A stretch of 64,000 bases of DNA from Camelus ferus (taxonomy: Eukaryota), in NCBI RefSeq assembly GCF_009834535.1, contig NC_045696.1:64668001-64732000 (forward strand), read 5' to 3'. The notes beneath the pieces are model-generated. The model was not told the origin of the DNA, did not search any database, and saw only the letters and a program-made list of their open reading frames with translations. Positions 12,531-25,982 of this stretch are shown piece by piece. Position numbers and translations under genes: made by a program. The number at the start of each line of letters is the position of its first letter. Position 1 is the stretch's first letter.

Positions 12531-13799
12531 TTGTGTTGCTGGTGTTGATTTTATTACTTAGACCCATATCAAATTTTAGCCATTCTTGGCAATAAAAGGC
12601 AATAAATACACTCTATTTCTCCAAAAATATTCTAGTAGCAATCAATTCTCTCAGAAAGAATTTTCCCTCCTGTGTGATATTGCAACGTCTTACCCATTAA
12701 TACTAATTACAGAGGATGCGGGAAGCACAACCAGAGAACCTACAGCTTATGCCTAGCTTCTTACTTGCCTCTTAAACTTCCACAAGAAACTAGGTTCCTT
12801 CATGCCTACCTCCATGTCTAAAATTCATAAGTAACGTACTTTATTGCTTTCTGCAATGGCAGAACCCTGATGTCCTTCATATGTTTGTTATGTAACATGC
12901 AATATTCATAAATTTTGGGTGGCACTGTCTTCCATTGAAGTCCAAAATGAGGAATAGATATTGGAAAAAAAGGAGTTTTACTTATTCTGGTTTAATGAAA
13001 ATTGGATCCATCATCTCCTTCTTAATTAAAAATGATTTGCATCAAGGTTTTCTTACAGGGCATACAGGAACTAATTAGAATATTTTTAATAATACTGATC
13101 TGTGCTGTGTTCCCGGAAGGCCACAGAGCTCGGTAAGAGAGAAATAATTGTTTGGTATGCATTGTCTAGGAGGAAATTCTATCTGACTGAAGGAAAAATA
13201 CTGGTATTTGAGCCCAGCTTTGACAGGTTTTGATGAGCAGAGAAAGTCTGGGTGAGCATTCTAGGGAGAAACTCCTAAGGCAGGGGCCAAGAGAACTCCT
13301 GGGGGTGATGGAAAAAGTGAGCGCGTTTCCTGAGCATTCCAAAGAAGGAGACTGACTCCTTGAAAACAAGGAGGGCAACTAATACCCATCACTGCATCCT
13401 AACTAATCACGGTGATGACCAGGCTCTAGCTTGGTGATTAGTTACCAGATTGGATTGCAAACAGTTCTAAGCCGAACCAGAAGATTGCAGAGAAGTGGGT
13501 GCGCCCAGCCTCTGACAAGTAACTGTCAAACTTGAATGTAACATGAGTGTTCCATAAAGAGCATTTCACAGTTCCCATTGTGAGCCATTTGAAATATGAT
13601 GTTATTGAATGGCTAACAGTAAGTCCTGCTTCACAAAAGAAACTTATTCCAGGGAAAGTAGGGCCATAGATGGCCTCTCCTCGAATCGGCAACAGGTTTA
13701 AACCCCTCCCTCGAGTAGCTCTGAAAAGTGGTGACTGCACCTCAGCATAAATTCCTGGTTCATTCTCCAATAGTCCATTTTTCCTTTAGTCAGCAGATT

Positions 13800-13802
<3 letters not shown>

Positions 13803-13850
<48 letters not shown>
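13803..13850. repeat. (AC)24 microsatellite
   Basis: Perfect dinucleotide run. Confidence 0.98.
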
Positions 13851-13854
<4 letters not shown>

Positions 13855-13956
13855 TTAGTCTGCAGACTTAGGGGAGCAGTCAGGTAGTTTGGGGTTAGAA
13901 TGGATGCCTTACAGTAAAAAGTGGACATCCTAATTGGCAGAAGAAATCGTTTAAGG

Positions 13957-14145
13957 CAGTGGTTCTCAAAGTTGAGCAAGCACCAGAATCACCTGTAGGA
14001 CTTGTTAAAATGTAGAGTGCTGGGCCCCACCCCCAGAGTTTTTGATTTGGTAGATCTGTGACCAGGGTCTGAGAATTTGCATTTCTCAGAGTTGTCAGGT
14101 GATGCCAATGCTACAGTTGTGGACAACGCACATTGAGAACCATCC
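13957..14145. mobile_element. MER5A (hAT-Charlie) MITE, near full length
   Basis: TIRs 'cagtggttctcaa'...'ttgagaaccat'; internal 'agaatcacctg...gggccccacccccagag...gagaatttgcatttct'. Confidence 0.88.
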
Positions 14146-14329
14146 TTTAGGGATATTCTGAAGCCAAGAGCAAGTAAGCATCCTCTTGGGAAAAGCTTGG
14201 AGAATAAAAGCATAGGGAAAGTATTATTTTGCTTTGCAGCTACAGAGCTGGTCTGACTTTCTCTGAACAAGGCTGGTACCCACTCATCTTCGTCTTGCCA
14301 TACTGGCCAAAAGAGCTACCTCCCTGGAT

Positions 14330-14708
14330 GAGCCTTGCATTCTCGCCATGAGCTGTTACTCGTGCTGTTCTTTTCACGCTGGCACGACTTCCTTCCCTTC
14401 CTGTGTCCACCTATGGAAATACTTATTCTTCAGGGTCTAGCTAAATGCTAGAGGTGCTCTCTGATTCTCGTGAACAGAATGAATTGTTCAAACCGTGTGC
14501 TCCCATAGCTCCTTGCTTGTATCTTTCAGTGCCTTGAATAACTTCTGCATGTCTCATATAGCTTTATCAATTTCAATCTCTCCTTAAGTGTAAGGGCGGG
14601 AATTCCTGGAGGGCAGGGTCTAAGAGGGCCTTGGTTTTTCCTGGCATCTCACAGAGCATCTGGCGCAGAGTAGGTGCCTGGCAAGTATTTCTTGAATGAA
14701 TAAATAAA
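14330..14708 (+). mobile_element. L2 LINE 3' fragment
   Basis: Terminal 'agagcatctggcgcagagtaggtgcc...tatttcttgaatgaataaataaa'. Confidence 0.7.
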
Positions 14709-14849
14709 TCTTTCAATTCCTTTTTTCTCACTTAGTAGCATCTTCTTCGTGAATAGTATGATTGGAGGGAGGGGGAGCATTGATACAGAATGAAACTAAA
14801 TTTGAAACCTAGATACTGACAATAGAATCTTAGCTTAGAATCTTAGAAT

Positions 14850-14985
14850 TTAGTAGTTACCTGATCTCAGTTCCATTACCTGTCTAATGCCAAGAATCCC
14901 AACTATCAGAGATTTCTTGAGGATTAAATGAGATACTGTACCTGAATGCTTTGGCAAACTATAAATTCTGTATAAATGTAAATAT
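14850..14985 (+). mobile_element. MIR SINE
   Basis: 'ctcagttcc...ctgtctaatg...ttgaggattaaatgagata' core. Confidence 0.6.
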
Positions 14986-15984
14986 CATGTTAATTGCTTC
15001 AAGTTTCTAGGTATGACAAAAGCATGTGCATTTTCCAGAATGGCCCAAAGTAACTGTGGTTTGAACACATTTTGTGCAATAATAATGCTCTAGACTCAGT
15101 GTTTTATTGATCCGTAGGAAATGTGTTGCATATAAAAAAAGATCTGGTGTTTGGGTTTTTGTTTGTCTTCAAAGGCGAGAGGAAGGATGGGAAAGTTAAA
15201 CTGAGAAGCAGGTCTGTTACTTGCCATTTACCAGCAACTATCACTCAACCTCCCTCATCATTTTCTTTAATGTGAAACAGCCCCAGGACTGAGAGGATGT
15301 GAGAGCTGGAAGGCCCTCGGTGATGGCATCTGGGCCCCTTATCTTACAGAGGAGAAACTGCAGTTCAGCAAGAAGTAATCTTCCAGGGTTCACACAGTCG
15401 GTACCCAATTTGTCCCACCTGCAAATCCCACCTGATGGTTGCAATAAATGTCTATTAGTCTAAGCAGCTCAATGTTCTGATGCTTCTCAGCCAGGGGACG
15501 AGGTTTCTACCAATTCACTGATCCAAGTAATCTGAATTTTTTTTGCGTTGTAGAATTTTACCGGAATTTATGCTTTAAGCTCCCAGGAGATGTCTGTGTG
15601 TATGACTATAAAGAACAGAGATGTACAGATTTCAGTTGAAAATTATCTTTTGGTGTTTAGGTTGCCAGCATCTTCTTGGCAACTTGAGACATCAGGAATG
15701 AAATAAGTTTAACTTAATATTGTAGTCATTGTTTTGGGATAAAATGTTGACCAATGAAACCTGTTATTTATATTTTATATATAATCTTGATTTTTATATA
15801 TATGATTTTCTCAAGAAAAATCAGGTTATTACCTAACCATTCTTGGTTGATAATAGGGCATAATATTTAAAAGCCAGGCTTGTCCCAATAGATATATATT
15901 AATAGGCCACATATTATTTTATGTTAGATTTTTAAAAAATCATTGCTCTTTTAACTATAACATTTCTTTCTTCAGGTCATGCAT

Positions 15985-16560
15985 ACTTTAGCTTCATTAA
16001 GGACCTTTTATGGAACGGTTTCTGTGTACTGGGGACTGTGCTAAATGCTAATGATACAAAGTTGAATATCTGGGTCTTGCTTGGATGAAACTTACACAGT
16101 GATGAGAAAACTTAAAACAAATTATTACAATGAAGTATAATAAATGCAATAATGGAATAAGTAACAGAGGGTTGGCACATGCACCAGGGAGCGGGCAGTT
16201 GTTTAGACGGCTCACGGAAGCACTGCAGATGGGAACTCTTTCAGAGGTGGCAGGAGTTCATCAGAAGTGGGAACTATAAGGGATGGCAGCTCCAGGAGCA
16301 GGAACAGCAGGTGTACAGGCGTGAAGACCTGGCGCAATGTGCCACGTTCAGATGGAGGTAAGTTGATTGGCATCTCTGAAGTGAAAATTTGGCATCTCTG
16401 GTTGAAACTCAGGATGAAAAGACAGGTAGGGGTGAGTTTCTGGAAAGCTTTGGAAAGGCCATTAAAGAGTGAACCTTATTCTGCAGGCAAAGAAGAGTTT
16501 TGGGTATGTGTAATTCGGGGGACACGTGGCTTAGGTCAGATTTTACTTAAAGAAGATGCT
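15985..16560 (-). mobile_element. L2 LINE fragment
   Basis: Antisense L2 3' region 'ttcattaaggaccttttatgg...tctgtgtactggggactgtgctaaatgct...gaaaggccattaaagagtgaaccttattctgcaggc'. Confidence 0.7.
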
Positions 16561-18169
16561 TGTCTCTCTTTGTTGCCTTCTACATGACTCTCTGGTTCCT
16601 TTTCCTTCTCGTCTGTAAAAGAAGGAAAAAATGGTTTCCTACGTGAGATATGCAAGAGAGGGAGGGGGCAGGTGTACATGTTGCTACCTTATCAAAGATA
16701 AAGCATCTCCTTTCAAGACTAACAATGCCCCTCCTAACAAACCGCTAGTAAGAAAAACACAAGGAGTGGGATATATCACAAATAACCTTAAGCTGCATTT
16801 AAATAAAAGGCTATCATCTTATATGAAAGGAATTGATAAGTGTAAATATTAAAGTGAGAATTTAGTCTAACAACACATAAAGCTCAGGATATTTATTACA
16901 ACCCAAAATTAAAGTAAGAAGGAGAAAACTGGGTTGTTAAGGTAACCTATGAATTAAGAATTCAATCTGTTCTTACTTAAGCAGCAGAACTCTTACAGGG
17001 AAGTGAGCCGGTCTGAGATCTCCTGCACTCCCTGCCCGTCGAGTACACGTTCTCCTCTGAGTCATCCTGTTTATTACAGTTGTTACTGTTCGTGCAGAGT
17101 GGCCGAGGTCTGGTCTTTGCTCTTCATCCTCTGCTGATGGATGGGGAGTAAATGAGAACACTTGCTGGGTCATGGTAATGAATTTCCACTGCCTGGGAAT
17201 TGTCAGTTAAGGCAGATGGTGGCCACTTACAGGTGTATTGATCTGTGGGTTAAGATAACTACAACCGGGGAGAGCGACTCAGCACCTCTAACCTGGACAC
17301 CCTGGTTGTGCTGATTTTCAGTACGATGTGGTGACCTCTCAAGACTTTAATTCACCTTCTCCCAGACTCAACATCTGCTCTAGCCCCCAAAGATAATAAC
17401 TTGAAATAACTCCAAGAGCGAGTTCATTGATCTGCTTGAGGATCCATTTGAGAGATTAATCAAGCCCACATTTGAGGAAATCCCTAACTGCCTCCTGACC
17501 CTATCCTGTAAATTTAGTTCATATTGGATTGTTGCTCAGTTGAAAGCCTTATCTCACGGGTAAATTATTCTACTTTCTGAAAGCATTATTTTTCCCCCAG
17601 TTTTTTTTTTTCCCTTTCTAGTGCTCCCTTCTGATGCCATTTCTCATTTTTCATATTCCCCCTAAATTTTGGAATAGGAAGCAGAATTACCAGTAAATGA
17701 CTTAAATCCAAGCAATTACCATTTATTTAGGAGAGGCTTCTCTAGTTGGAAAGCAAGAAAAAGAAAAACCAACAAAACCCGGCAACTTGGTAGATTTTTA
17801 AAAATAACTTGTTTCTGGCCAAAATGGAAACATCCATTGATGTGAGAATTTTAAATTACAAGGGATTTTTTAAATTCTAAATATTATTTGTCCCTGTAAG
17901 AATGGATAGTTGAGATTTGACCATATAGTGGGAGGAGACACTCATCTCATGTATATAGTGATGTCCTAGTGCCTTGATTTTCTTTATAAAATGAATAAAA
18001 GCAGTGATAAAATCAACAAAGTGAAATATTTTTCAAGATGCATTGTTTTCTAGGCCACTAGGCAGTTTTTATACCATAGATCAGTTCCATTATCCCATAA
18101 AGCATTATTCACTTTCTATCTGATACTTGTGTATAGCTTTTCATCCTGTGATAATAAAAACAGTACTAA

Positions 18170-18405
18170 ACACAGTGGTAGAATACCGGGTCATACTGGA
18201 AATACACTGGACTGGGTATCGGAAGACGTGAGTTGGCCACAACTGGATATGCCGCTTTCTAGAAATGTGAGTCTGCGCAAAGTGAATGGCCTTACCCTGC
18301 GAAGCCTTAGGGGCTCTTTCTGTGCTGCTTATTCACAAAGCAGATGTGAAGCCCAAATTTGCTGATAGGTGTGGAAATACCTTGAGCTCTGTAAACTGCT
18401 GGTTT
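18170..18405 (+). mobile_element. MIR-like SINE, highly diverged
   Basis: 'tactggaaatacactggactgggtatcggaagacgtgagtt...agaaatgtgagtctgcgcaaagt' resembles the MIR head. Confidence 0.45.
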
Positions 18406-19255
18406 CGTTCGTAAATATTTTCGAGTTGCTTCTTCCTGAGCAGCTCCTCTGCTTAGTTTGCTAACTTGCTTATCTATTTACTCATCCATCTATTTAGTTA
18501 TTTACAGCTTATTTTCTAAGGAATTTGCTAGTTGGATGCAGTCTCTATCATATATATTCATGTGTCTGTTTTTCTGTAAATGTCTGTGTCCAGCCATGCT
18601 CCCTATGTTGATATAAATTCCAGGCAACCATTCTTTAATGATTAACTATCAAGGGAAAACTGAAAAATTGATAAGACTGCTTGTTTCTTAATAATTCCTG
18701 AGTATTTGACATTAGAGGGATTCAACATCTTGGTTAAGTCACTGCATTTCTTAAACTGGAAAGATGTTAAAATTTGAAATCTCACCTTGACTGTTTTCAA
18801 AATATTGGATGAATTTAAATCCCTCTCCATTTTTCTTGACTGACATAAACTAGTAGGTTAGTACTAGAAGAATAAATTGTGTGTGAAACACACCTTCTGG
18901 TTCATTGATAAATATGTCATGTGGGAAAGAATCCAAAGCCTCATTAAATCCACAGTGCTTTATAGCTCTGTCTCATTTTTAATCCATCATCCTTATCATT
19001 CAGCACAAGGGATGGGACTCCTTGATAATACCTTTACAGGAGAGTGAGTGGCAGTGCTTTATAAGACACATGGACTCTATCTTTTTCACTTTATTTATGT
19101 GATGGATTACTGAAAGCTTTTTCAGCATCTTTCCAGGTAAAAAAGTTAATCTTATGGAATTGAACTTCTGAAGTCATTATGAAATATAGACATAACTTAT
19201 TCAGCCACAGTTCATCAAAGAAAATATCAGCTTTAAAAAATTAATTTTAGTAAAA

Positions 19256-19539
19256 ATACCATATGATATCATTCATATGTGGAATCTGAAAAAAAGAAAA
19301 AAAAGAGGACACTAATTAACTCATCTACAAAACTGAAACAGACCTATGAACATTGTAAACAATCTTATGGTTATTAAGAGAAAGAAGGTGGGAAGGAATA
19401 AATTTGGGTGTTTGAGATTTGGAAATGTTAACCACTATTATAAAAACAGATAAAAAACAAATTTCTTCTGTATAGCACAGGGAACTATATTCAATATCTC
19501 ATAATAACCTTTAATGAAAAAGAATATGAAAATACACAC

Positions 19540-19584
<45 letters not shown>

Positions 19585-19659
19585 TACATGACTGGGACAT
19601 TATGCTGTACACCAGAAATTGACACATTGTAACTGACTATATGTCAGTTAAAAAAAAAT
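19256..19659 (+). mobile_element. 5'-truncated young L1 (ORF2 end + 3' UTR + A tail) containing (TA)9(GA)13
   Basis: 'ataccatatgatatcattcatatgtggaatct...tatagcacagggaactatattcaatatc...gctgtacaccagaaattgacaca...aaaaaaaaa'; flanks AATTTTAGTAAAA (19243-19255) and AAGTATAGTAAAA (19660-19672) form a degenerate TSD. Confidence 0.9.
19541..19584. repeat. Compound microsatellite (TA)9(GA)13
   Basis: Direct reading. Confidence 0.95.
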
Positions 19660-19757
19660 AAGTATAGTAAAATTCTATATAAGCAAGCTATCTAGATCCA
19701 TCTATCTTTATGTCTGTCTATCATCTTTTGAGACTAATAGAATTCAGGAAGTATGAT

Positions 19758-20160
19758 TTTTTTAATAACAGCTTTATTGATATGTAATTTGCATAACAAA
19801 AAGTTCGCCCTTACGAAGTGTACAATTCAGTGATTTTTAGCATCCTCATAGAGTAGTACATCCATCATCACTGTCAAATTCTGGAACATTTTCATCATGG
19901 CAGAAGAAAACCCCACACCCATTAAGGAGTCACTCTATTTCCTCTGGCAACCATTAGTTTACATTTTATCTCTAAGAATTTTTTTATTACAGACATTTCA
20001 TACTGATGGAATCATACAATATGTGGCCTTTTGTGCCTGGCTTATTTCACTTATAATGTCTCCAAGTTCATCTGTGTTGCAATACATACTGGTATTTCAT
20101 TTCTTTTTATGTCTGAATAGTACTCCATTGTATGGATATACCAAATTTTGTTTATGCATT
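19758..20160 (-). mobile_element. L1MB-like 3' end
   Basis: 'aataacagctttattgatatgtaatt...aagtgtacaattcagtgatttttag...atggaatcatacaatatgtggccttttgtgcctggctt...ccattgtatggatatacca'. Confidence 0.85.
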
Positions 20161-20499
20161 CTGTGAGATCCTTAGCTTAACCAAAGTCCCTCATGGGGCC
20201 CTCCTCTAACCTGGTAGAAGAGAATACTTCTGGTGGAGAAATTAATTATGAATAATGACTCCTTTATATTAATTGAGAGGGAGGGGCTCATTATTAGATA
20301 TCATACTGTGTCGGAAATTATAAAAATCTGTTACTTTTGTAAGTTGTTCTAACCTCTCCCTCCCCCAATTAAATGTTGATTTTCTGTATCCCATGCTTTG
20401 ACCAAATGATGGATTGATTCCATCTCAATCTATGGACCTTCCCTGGATGAACAGTCGGCTTGAACTCACCTCTTCCTGCTTTTCTATCCTGGGCTCACG

Positions 20500-20940
20500 C
20501 ATAATGTTCTAACCACATTAGTCCTTCTTTCAGTATTTTGAATACAGCTAACTCTGGCCTCACATATTCACATATACTGTTCCCACTTGGAGTTTTTTTT
20601 CACTTACCTAACCCTTTGTCAGACTTTAGGTCTCATTTTAAATGCCTCATATCTTGACTACTTCCTTGAGCATCCCCCACCCCCAGTATGGATTCAATGT
20701 TCCCTGTTATTCTTTCTTATAGCATTCTATACTTTCCTATATGGCACTCAACACAATTTGTCATTGTGGATTTATTTGTGTACTCTAAAACATAACTTCC
20801 ACTAGAATGTTGGCCCCAAGAGGGCTGGACTGTTTTTTTTTTTTTTTCCCCAACCTGTATCGTTAACTGCCATATCCCTGGCATTGAAAATACTTCCTGG
20901 CACAAAAATAGGCATTCAATAAACATTTGTTGAACAAACA
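20500..20940 (+). mobile_element. L2 LINE 3' fragment
   Basis: Terminal 'cctggcacaaaaataggcattcaataaacatttgttgaa'. Confidence 0.75.
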
Positions 20941-21039
20941 ATTGGCTCTAATTATCACTCATGCCCTGGTGAGTCCCTGTTTGGCGTCTCTCCCCCAAAC
21001 CTGACACTCCATTCTAGTGTGGGCTGCCACCTTGACCTC

Positions 21040-22145
21040 TGTATCTGAACATTCCTCACATACACCAAAGTCAGCATTTCTAAAATCCAGCTCATGATCT
21101 TTCCTCTCCAGCTCTGTTTTTATCTGCCCTGTTTCCTGGTTTCGTGTTATCTAAGCTGGAAACCTGAGCATCACCTTAAATTCTTTTTTCTCTTTAGCCC
21201 TACATATCCAACTGGACATAAGGCCCAGACTCCTAAACACTCCTGTGATATGCTTTTTATTTTCACCACCACTGTCTTAGCTCAGGTTCACATTTGCGCT
21301 CAGTTGAGCAGGTATAATGTCTTCCTAACTTCACTTTCTTTCTCTCTCTCTGGTTTTATTGAATCTATATGCTCCACACCACTGTGATCTTTCTTAATCT
21401 AAAATTTGGCCCTGGTGCCCTGCTTCAAAGCCTTCAATGATTATCCATTCCCTGTGGACGAGGTCCCAACTCTACTGCTTGCCCTGTAAGGCCCCGCCTG
21501 CCCTTTCAGCAGGAACCATTTCATTTATTCGAGTTATGCCAGACTTTTTCAGTCCCCCAAACATGTTATTTAAAACACAAATGCAAACACACACACACAC
21601 ACGCACACCCTTTCCCAAAGGGCTTCCTCTTTCCACAAAGCCCTCTTACTCCTGTCTGCTTTAACAAACTTCTAGTCATTCTGTAAGTTTCTGCCCAGAT
21701 GCCCTGTGTTCCTCAATGATTTGGCTGTCTACCCTCTGAGGAGTTAGGAGAGTTCCTTCCTCTGTGCTGTTGACACCATATCCTTAGCTGAATAACAGCT
21801 TGCACCCTATTGCTTTAATAATTGTGCTAAATCTCTCTATGATACTAGACACAAGTCCTTTAAGAACAAAAACTACTCTCTGGAAGGCTCAGGCTTTGAA
21901 CAGTGACAGACTTGGTCTCAAATCCTGATCCCTGCTTGCAGTCCCAGACCCTGGGTGAGCCAGTGGACGTTTTCAGTGAGGCTGTGTGTGTGAGATGTGC
22001 CTCATACTACCTGCAATACAGTAAGCACTTGCCGTTAACAAAAATTATCGTTCACGTTATTTTTAATAGTAGTAGAGGTAACTGTACTTCCTCAGGGTAG
22101 AACAGTGACTGACATACGTGGTAACAAGATTTGTTGAATCAGTGA
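21040..22145 (+). mobile_element. L2 LINE fragment, interrupted by a MIR near 21880-22060
   Basis: L2-like 'tcagcatttctaaaatccagctcatgatctttcc...aagctggaaacctgagcatcacc...gatctttcttaatctaaaat...aagccttcaatg'; terminal 'gatttgttgaatcagtga'. Confidence 0.65.
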
Positions 22146-22911
22146 TTAAGTAAAAATTTATTTGGGGGGAATTTTGGGATGATTAAACTGCAATAAAATA
22201 AAATAGGATTAAACATAAAGTTATGAGGGGACCCAGAAAGATAAGTGTACAAATACCGAATGGGAAAGATACGACAAGATTTTCATCTGTGGTGGTGAGA
22301 GAGAGGGCTGCGTAAATTGGGCTCTGCTTCACCCCAACTCCACTGAAGGCCAGCCCTGCAAATTTTAGGGAATTCATACAAGACTCTATGATCTCCGAGG
22401 TATGTCCTGAATAAGCTATTTAATGAAATTATGGTTTCTTGAGGAATCTTCTAAAACTGTATCTACAGGATACTAATAGCAATAAAATATCCAAACACAT
22501 ATTTACGTTTTGGCAGTAGGTGTCACCAACTAAAAAGGATTATTAGGGGAGGCAGTATGATCAGTGGGGAATGTATGGGCGTAAGACCTAGGTTTATGTT
22601 CTGATTAAGTCACTGTACCTCATCGGACCTCCATATTTTACGTGTAAGACTAGGAGTTTGGTCTGGCAGTTTCCTTAGGTTCTTTCAAACTTGAAAGCTC
22701 TAAGGTTACTTGAGTTAGCCCTCAAGTAGCCCGAGTGTCTGTGATATCCCCGAAAAAGAAAACTCCTGAGCAATCAAGACCTATTTTGTGAGAACTAATT
22801 GATGCTGTTTATGACAGTGTAGGATCTCCCCTTTTTTTTCCTCTTCTATTATTTCACCGAAATGAAGACACCCCCAAACCTTCTATTGGGCAATATAAAA
22901 ATTTAAAGTCT

Positions 22912-23016
22912 AATGAGTATATATATATGTTCATGTATAACTGAAAAATTGTGCTCTACACTGGAAGTTGATACAACATTGTAAAATGATTATAAATCAT
23001 TAAAAAATGTCTAAAT
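22912..23016 (+). mobile_element. Very short 5'-truncated young L1 3' end with TSD
   Basis: 'atgttcatgtataactgaaaaattgtgctctacactggaagttgatacaacattgtaaaatga'; flanks AAATTTAAAGTCT (22899-22911) and AAATTTAAAATCT (23017-23029). Confidence 0.85.
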
Positions 23017-24467
23017 AAATTTAAAATCTGGTCTAGCAACAATAAAAAATACAAATTATTTGTAATCCTGTCACTCATATAAGATAGTGAAAACCAGAAG
23101 TGTGGATGAATAAAAGTAAGTGCCACTGGAAATGGCCACCAATAAGTGCATTAGGAATTCAGAGGAGTAGGATCTTGAAGAGTGGACAGGATGTGAATAT
23201 GAAAAGTCAGAGGAAAGAACATTCATATCATTTAGAAAGAACAAGGAGGGAAAATCATGACACATTTGTTTTAGAAGTGGGCCAAAGGATAGTGGGCCTA
23301 ATGTGCATGAAGTAGAGCTGATGGGTGGTAAGATTAAAAATGGAGGGCGAGGCCAGATTGCAAGCACATTAAATGTATATATAATTTTTACTTTCAAACT
23401 CATGTTGGGCAAACTCATCTCAAGTAGCAGTTTCCTCACTGATTAAGATGATTGGACAAGATGATCTGTAATAGTCCATTCAATTGTAATGTTCATAATT
23501 TTATGATTCTCTAGCATTCCAGGATCAATAAATGATATATATTCCAGCTAGCTAGAGATTACTTCTGTCTGTCTGTCGACCTGTCTGTCTGTCTACCTAT
23601 CTATCCATTCTTGAGAATTCCCAACCATTTTCAGAAGATTGGAAAAGAGTCACCCCAATAATTTCCCTCTAATTCTGAATTTAAAAAAAAAATCATGATT
23701 GCCAACTATGTGCAGAAAAGTCTTCTGTGCAACTTTTTTTTAAGAAACCCACATTGATTGTCAATATATTGCAAGGCAGTTTGCTACTAGTAAGACGATG
23801 TAATTGACAGCTGGTCTTACTGTAAGTCATAGCATTTAGTAGTAAAAAAGACTGAAAGAAAAAAGAGGAGCACTCCAGATGGATTAGTCAGGATATTCCT
23901 TCAAGCCCCTCATCAGTTGCCTGCCAGGGCTGGCACAGTGACAGAGAGCAGTGATGTCCTCCATCATGTTCTTTAAGTTACAAGTAAATGGCCCATTAAA
24001 ATGGGCTTCATGGCAAGTGCTGCACTAACCTTAGATTAACATTTAAATGGGAATTCTCTTTTCTTTGGGGACAACTGGGGCCCTGTGAAATTCTTTCTCA
24101 AATGGAAAGAGGTAGTTCTTACTGTCCGGGCAGGCTGCCACTTGGTTATCTTATATTAGTTTGGAGTTATAAAAACCTTATTTTTGAATAATTAATATAT
24201 GCACATGGTATAAATTTCAAACAAAAATATATATATATAAGTATCCCTTAACTCTCTCTTTATCCAAACAGACAAAAATCCTTCCAGAGTAGCCTTTCAG
24301 AGACAAACATGCATAGGAAAGAATTAGAACTTGTGTTTTTATAATACCACATTTACTATGTTTTTGAGTTTTCCGATCTCAGCAGTGACTGTGTTTGCTC
24401 CTTCAGATAGAGTGCTGCTTTCTCGGGAGTGCCAGGGTTTGGGGTAAGGGCAGGAATCTAATCTTTT

Positions 24468-25791
24468 TTATTTTTCCCTTTTTTAAATTGAAGTATAGTC
24501 AGTTTACAATGTTGTGTCAGTTTCTGGTGTACAGCATAATGTTTCAGTCGTACATGTACATACATGTATTCATTTTCATATTCTTTTTCATTATAGGTTA
24601 CTACAAGATATTGAATATAGTTCCCTGTGCTATACAGTATAAACTTGTTGTTTATTATTTTATATATAGTAGTTAGTATCTGCAAATCTTGAACTCCCAG
24701 TTTATCCCTTCCCACCCCCTTTCCCCTGGGTAACCATAAGTTTGTTTTCTATGTCTGTGAGTCTGTTTTATAAATATGTTTATTTGTGTCTTTTTTTTTT
24801 TAGAGCCCACATATAAGTGATATCGTATGGTATTTTTCTTTCTCCTTCTGGCTTATTTCACTTAGAAAGAGGAGTCCATCCATGTTGCTGCAAATGGCAT
24901 TGTTTTACCCTTTTTATGGCTGAGTAGTATTCCATTATATATATTATGGTTATTTAGGTTGTTTCCATGTCTTGGCTATTGTAAATAGTGCTTCTATGAA
25001 TGTTGGAGTGCATGTATCTTTTTGAATTAGAGTTCCCTCTGGATATATGCCCAGGAGTAGGATTGCTGGATCATATGGTAAGTGTATCTTTAGTTTTTTG
25101 AGTAATCTCCATACTGTTTTCCATAATGACTGTACCAAAATGTATTCCCACCAACAGTGTAGGAGAATTCCCTTTTCTAGACATCCTCTCCAGTATTTAT
25201 TGTTTGTGGACTTTTTAATGATGGCCTATTCTGACTGGTGTGAAGTGATATCTCATTGTAGTTTTGATTTGCATTTCTCTGATAATTAGCAATATTGAGC
25301 ATTTTTTCATGTGCCTATTAGCCATCTGTATGTCTTCATTGGACAATTGCTTGTTTAGATCTTCTACCCATTTTTAGTTTGGGTTTTTTGTTTTTTTTTT
25401 TTTTTGTTGTTATTAACTTGTATGAGTTGTTTGTATATTCTGGAGATTAAGCCCTTGTCAGTCACCTCATTTGCAAATATTTTCTCTCATTCCATAGGTT
25501 GTCTTTCTGTTTTGTTTATGGTGTCCTTTGCTGTGCAAAAGCTAAGTTTAGTTAGGTCTTCCCATTTGTTTATCTTTGCCTTTATTTCGATTGCCTGGGT
25601 AGACTGCCCTAGGAGAACATTGCTAAGATTTATATCAGAAGATGTTTTGCCTATGTTTTCTTCTAAGGAGGTTTATAGTGTATTACCTTAAGCAATTTTA
25701 TCTTTAAGTCTTTAAGCAATTTTGAATTTATTTTTGTGTATTGTGTGGGGGAGTGTTCTAACTTCATTGATTTACATGTAGTTGTCCAGTT
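24468..25791 (-). mobile_element. 5'-truncated young L1 (1.3 kb; disrupted ORF2 C-terminus + 3' UTR) with perfect 16-bp TSD
   Basis: ORF 24950-25138 encodes L1 ORF2p C-terminal '[32 protein letters not shown]...TCTPTFIEALFTIAKTWKQPK'; AGGAATCTAATCTTTT at 24452-24467 and 25792-25807. Confidence 0.97.
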
Positions 25792-25807
25792 AGGAATCTA
25801 ATCTTTT

Positions 25808-25982
25808 GCTTAATGCACAGTGAGCTTAGGAGAGTCACTTGAATGCCCCGAGCCTCAGTTACTCCCTCCATAAGGTAAAAATAGTAGTTCTTTCCATGGG
25901 CACCTCATATGGTTTTTGTGAGAGATTAATGGAACGATGGATGTGAAAATGTTTTAAACAGGAAAGAACCGTAGTAAGTATG
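25808..25982 (+). mobile_element. MIR SINE (3' part; probably split by the adjacent L1)
   Basis: 'agtcacttgaatgccccgagcctcagtt...aaggtaaaaatagtag...tttgtgagagattaatg'. Confidence 0.7.

Noticed and set aside
24950..25138. Protein-coding ORF
   Set aside because: Fragment of L1 ORF2 in a 5'-truncated, disrupted copy
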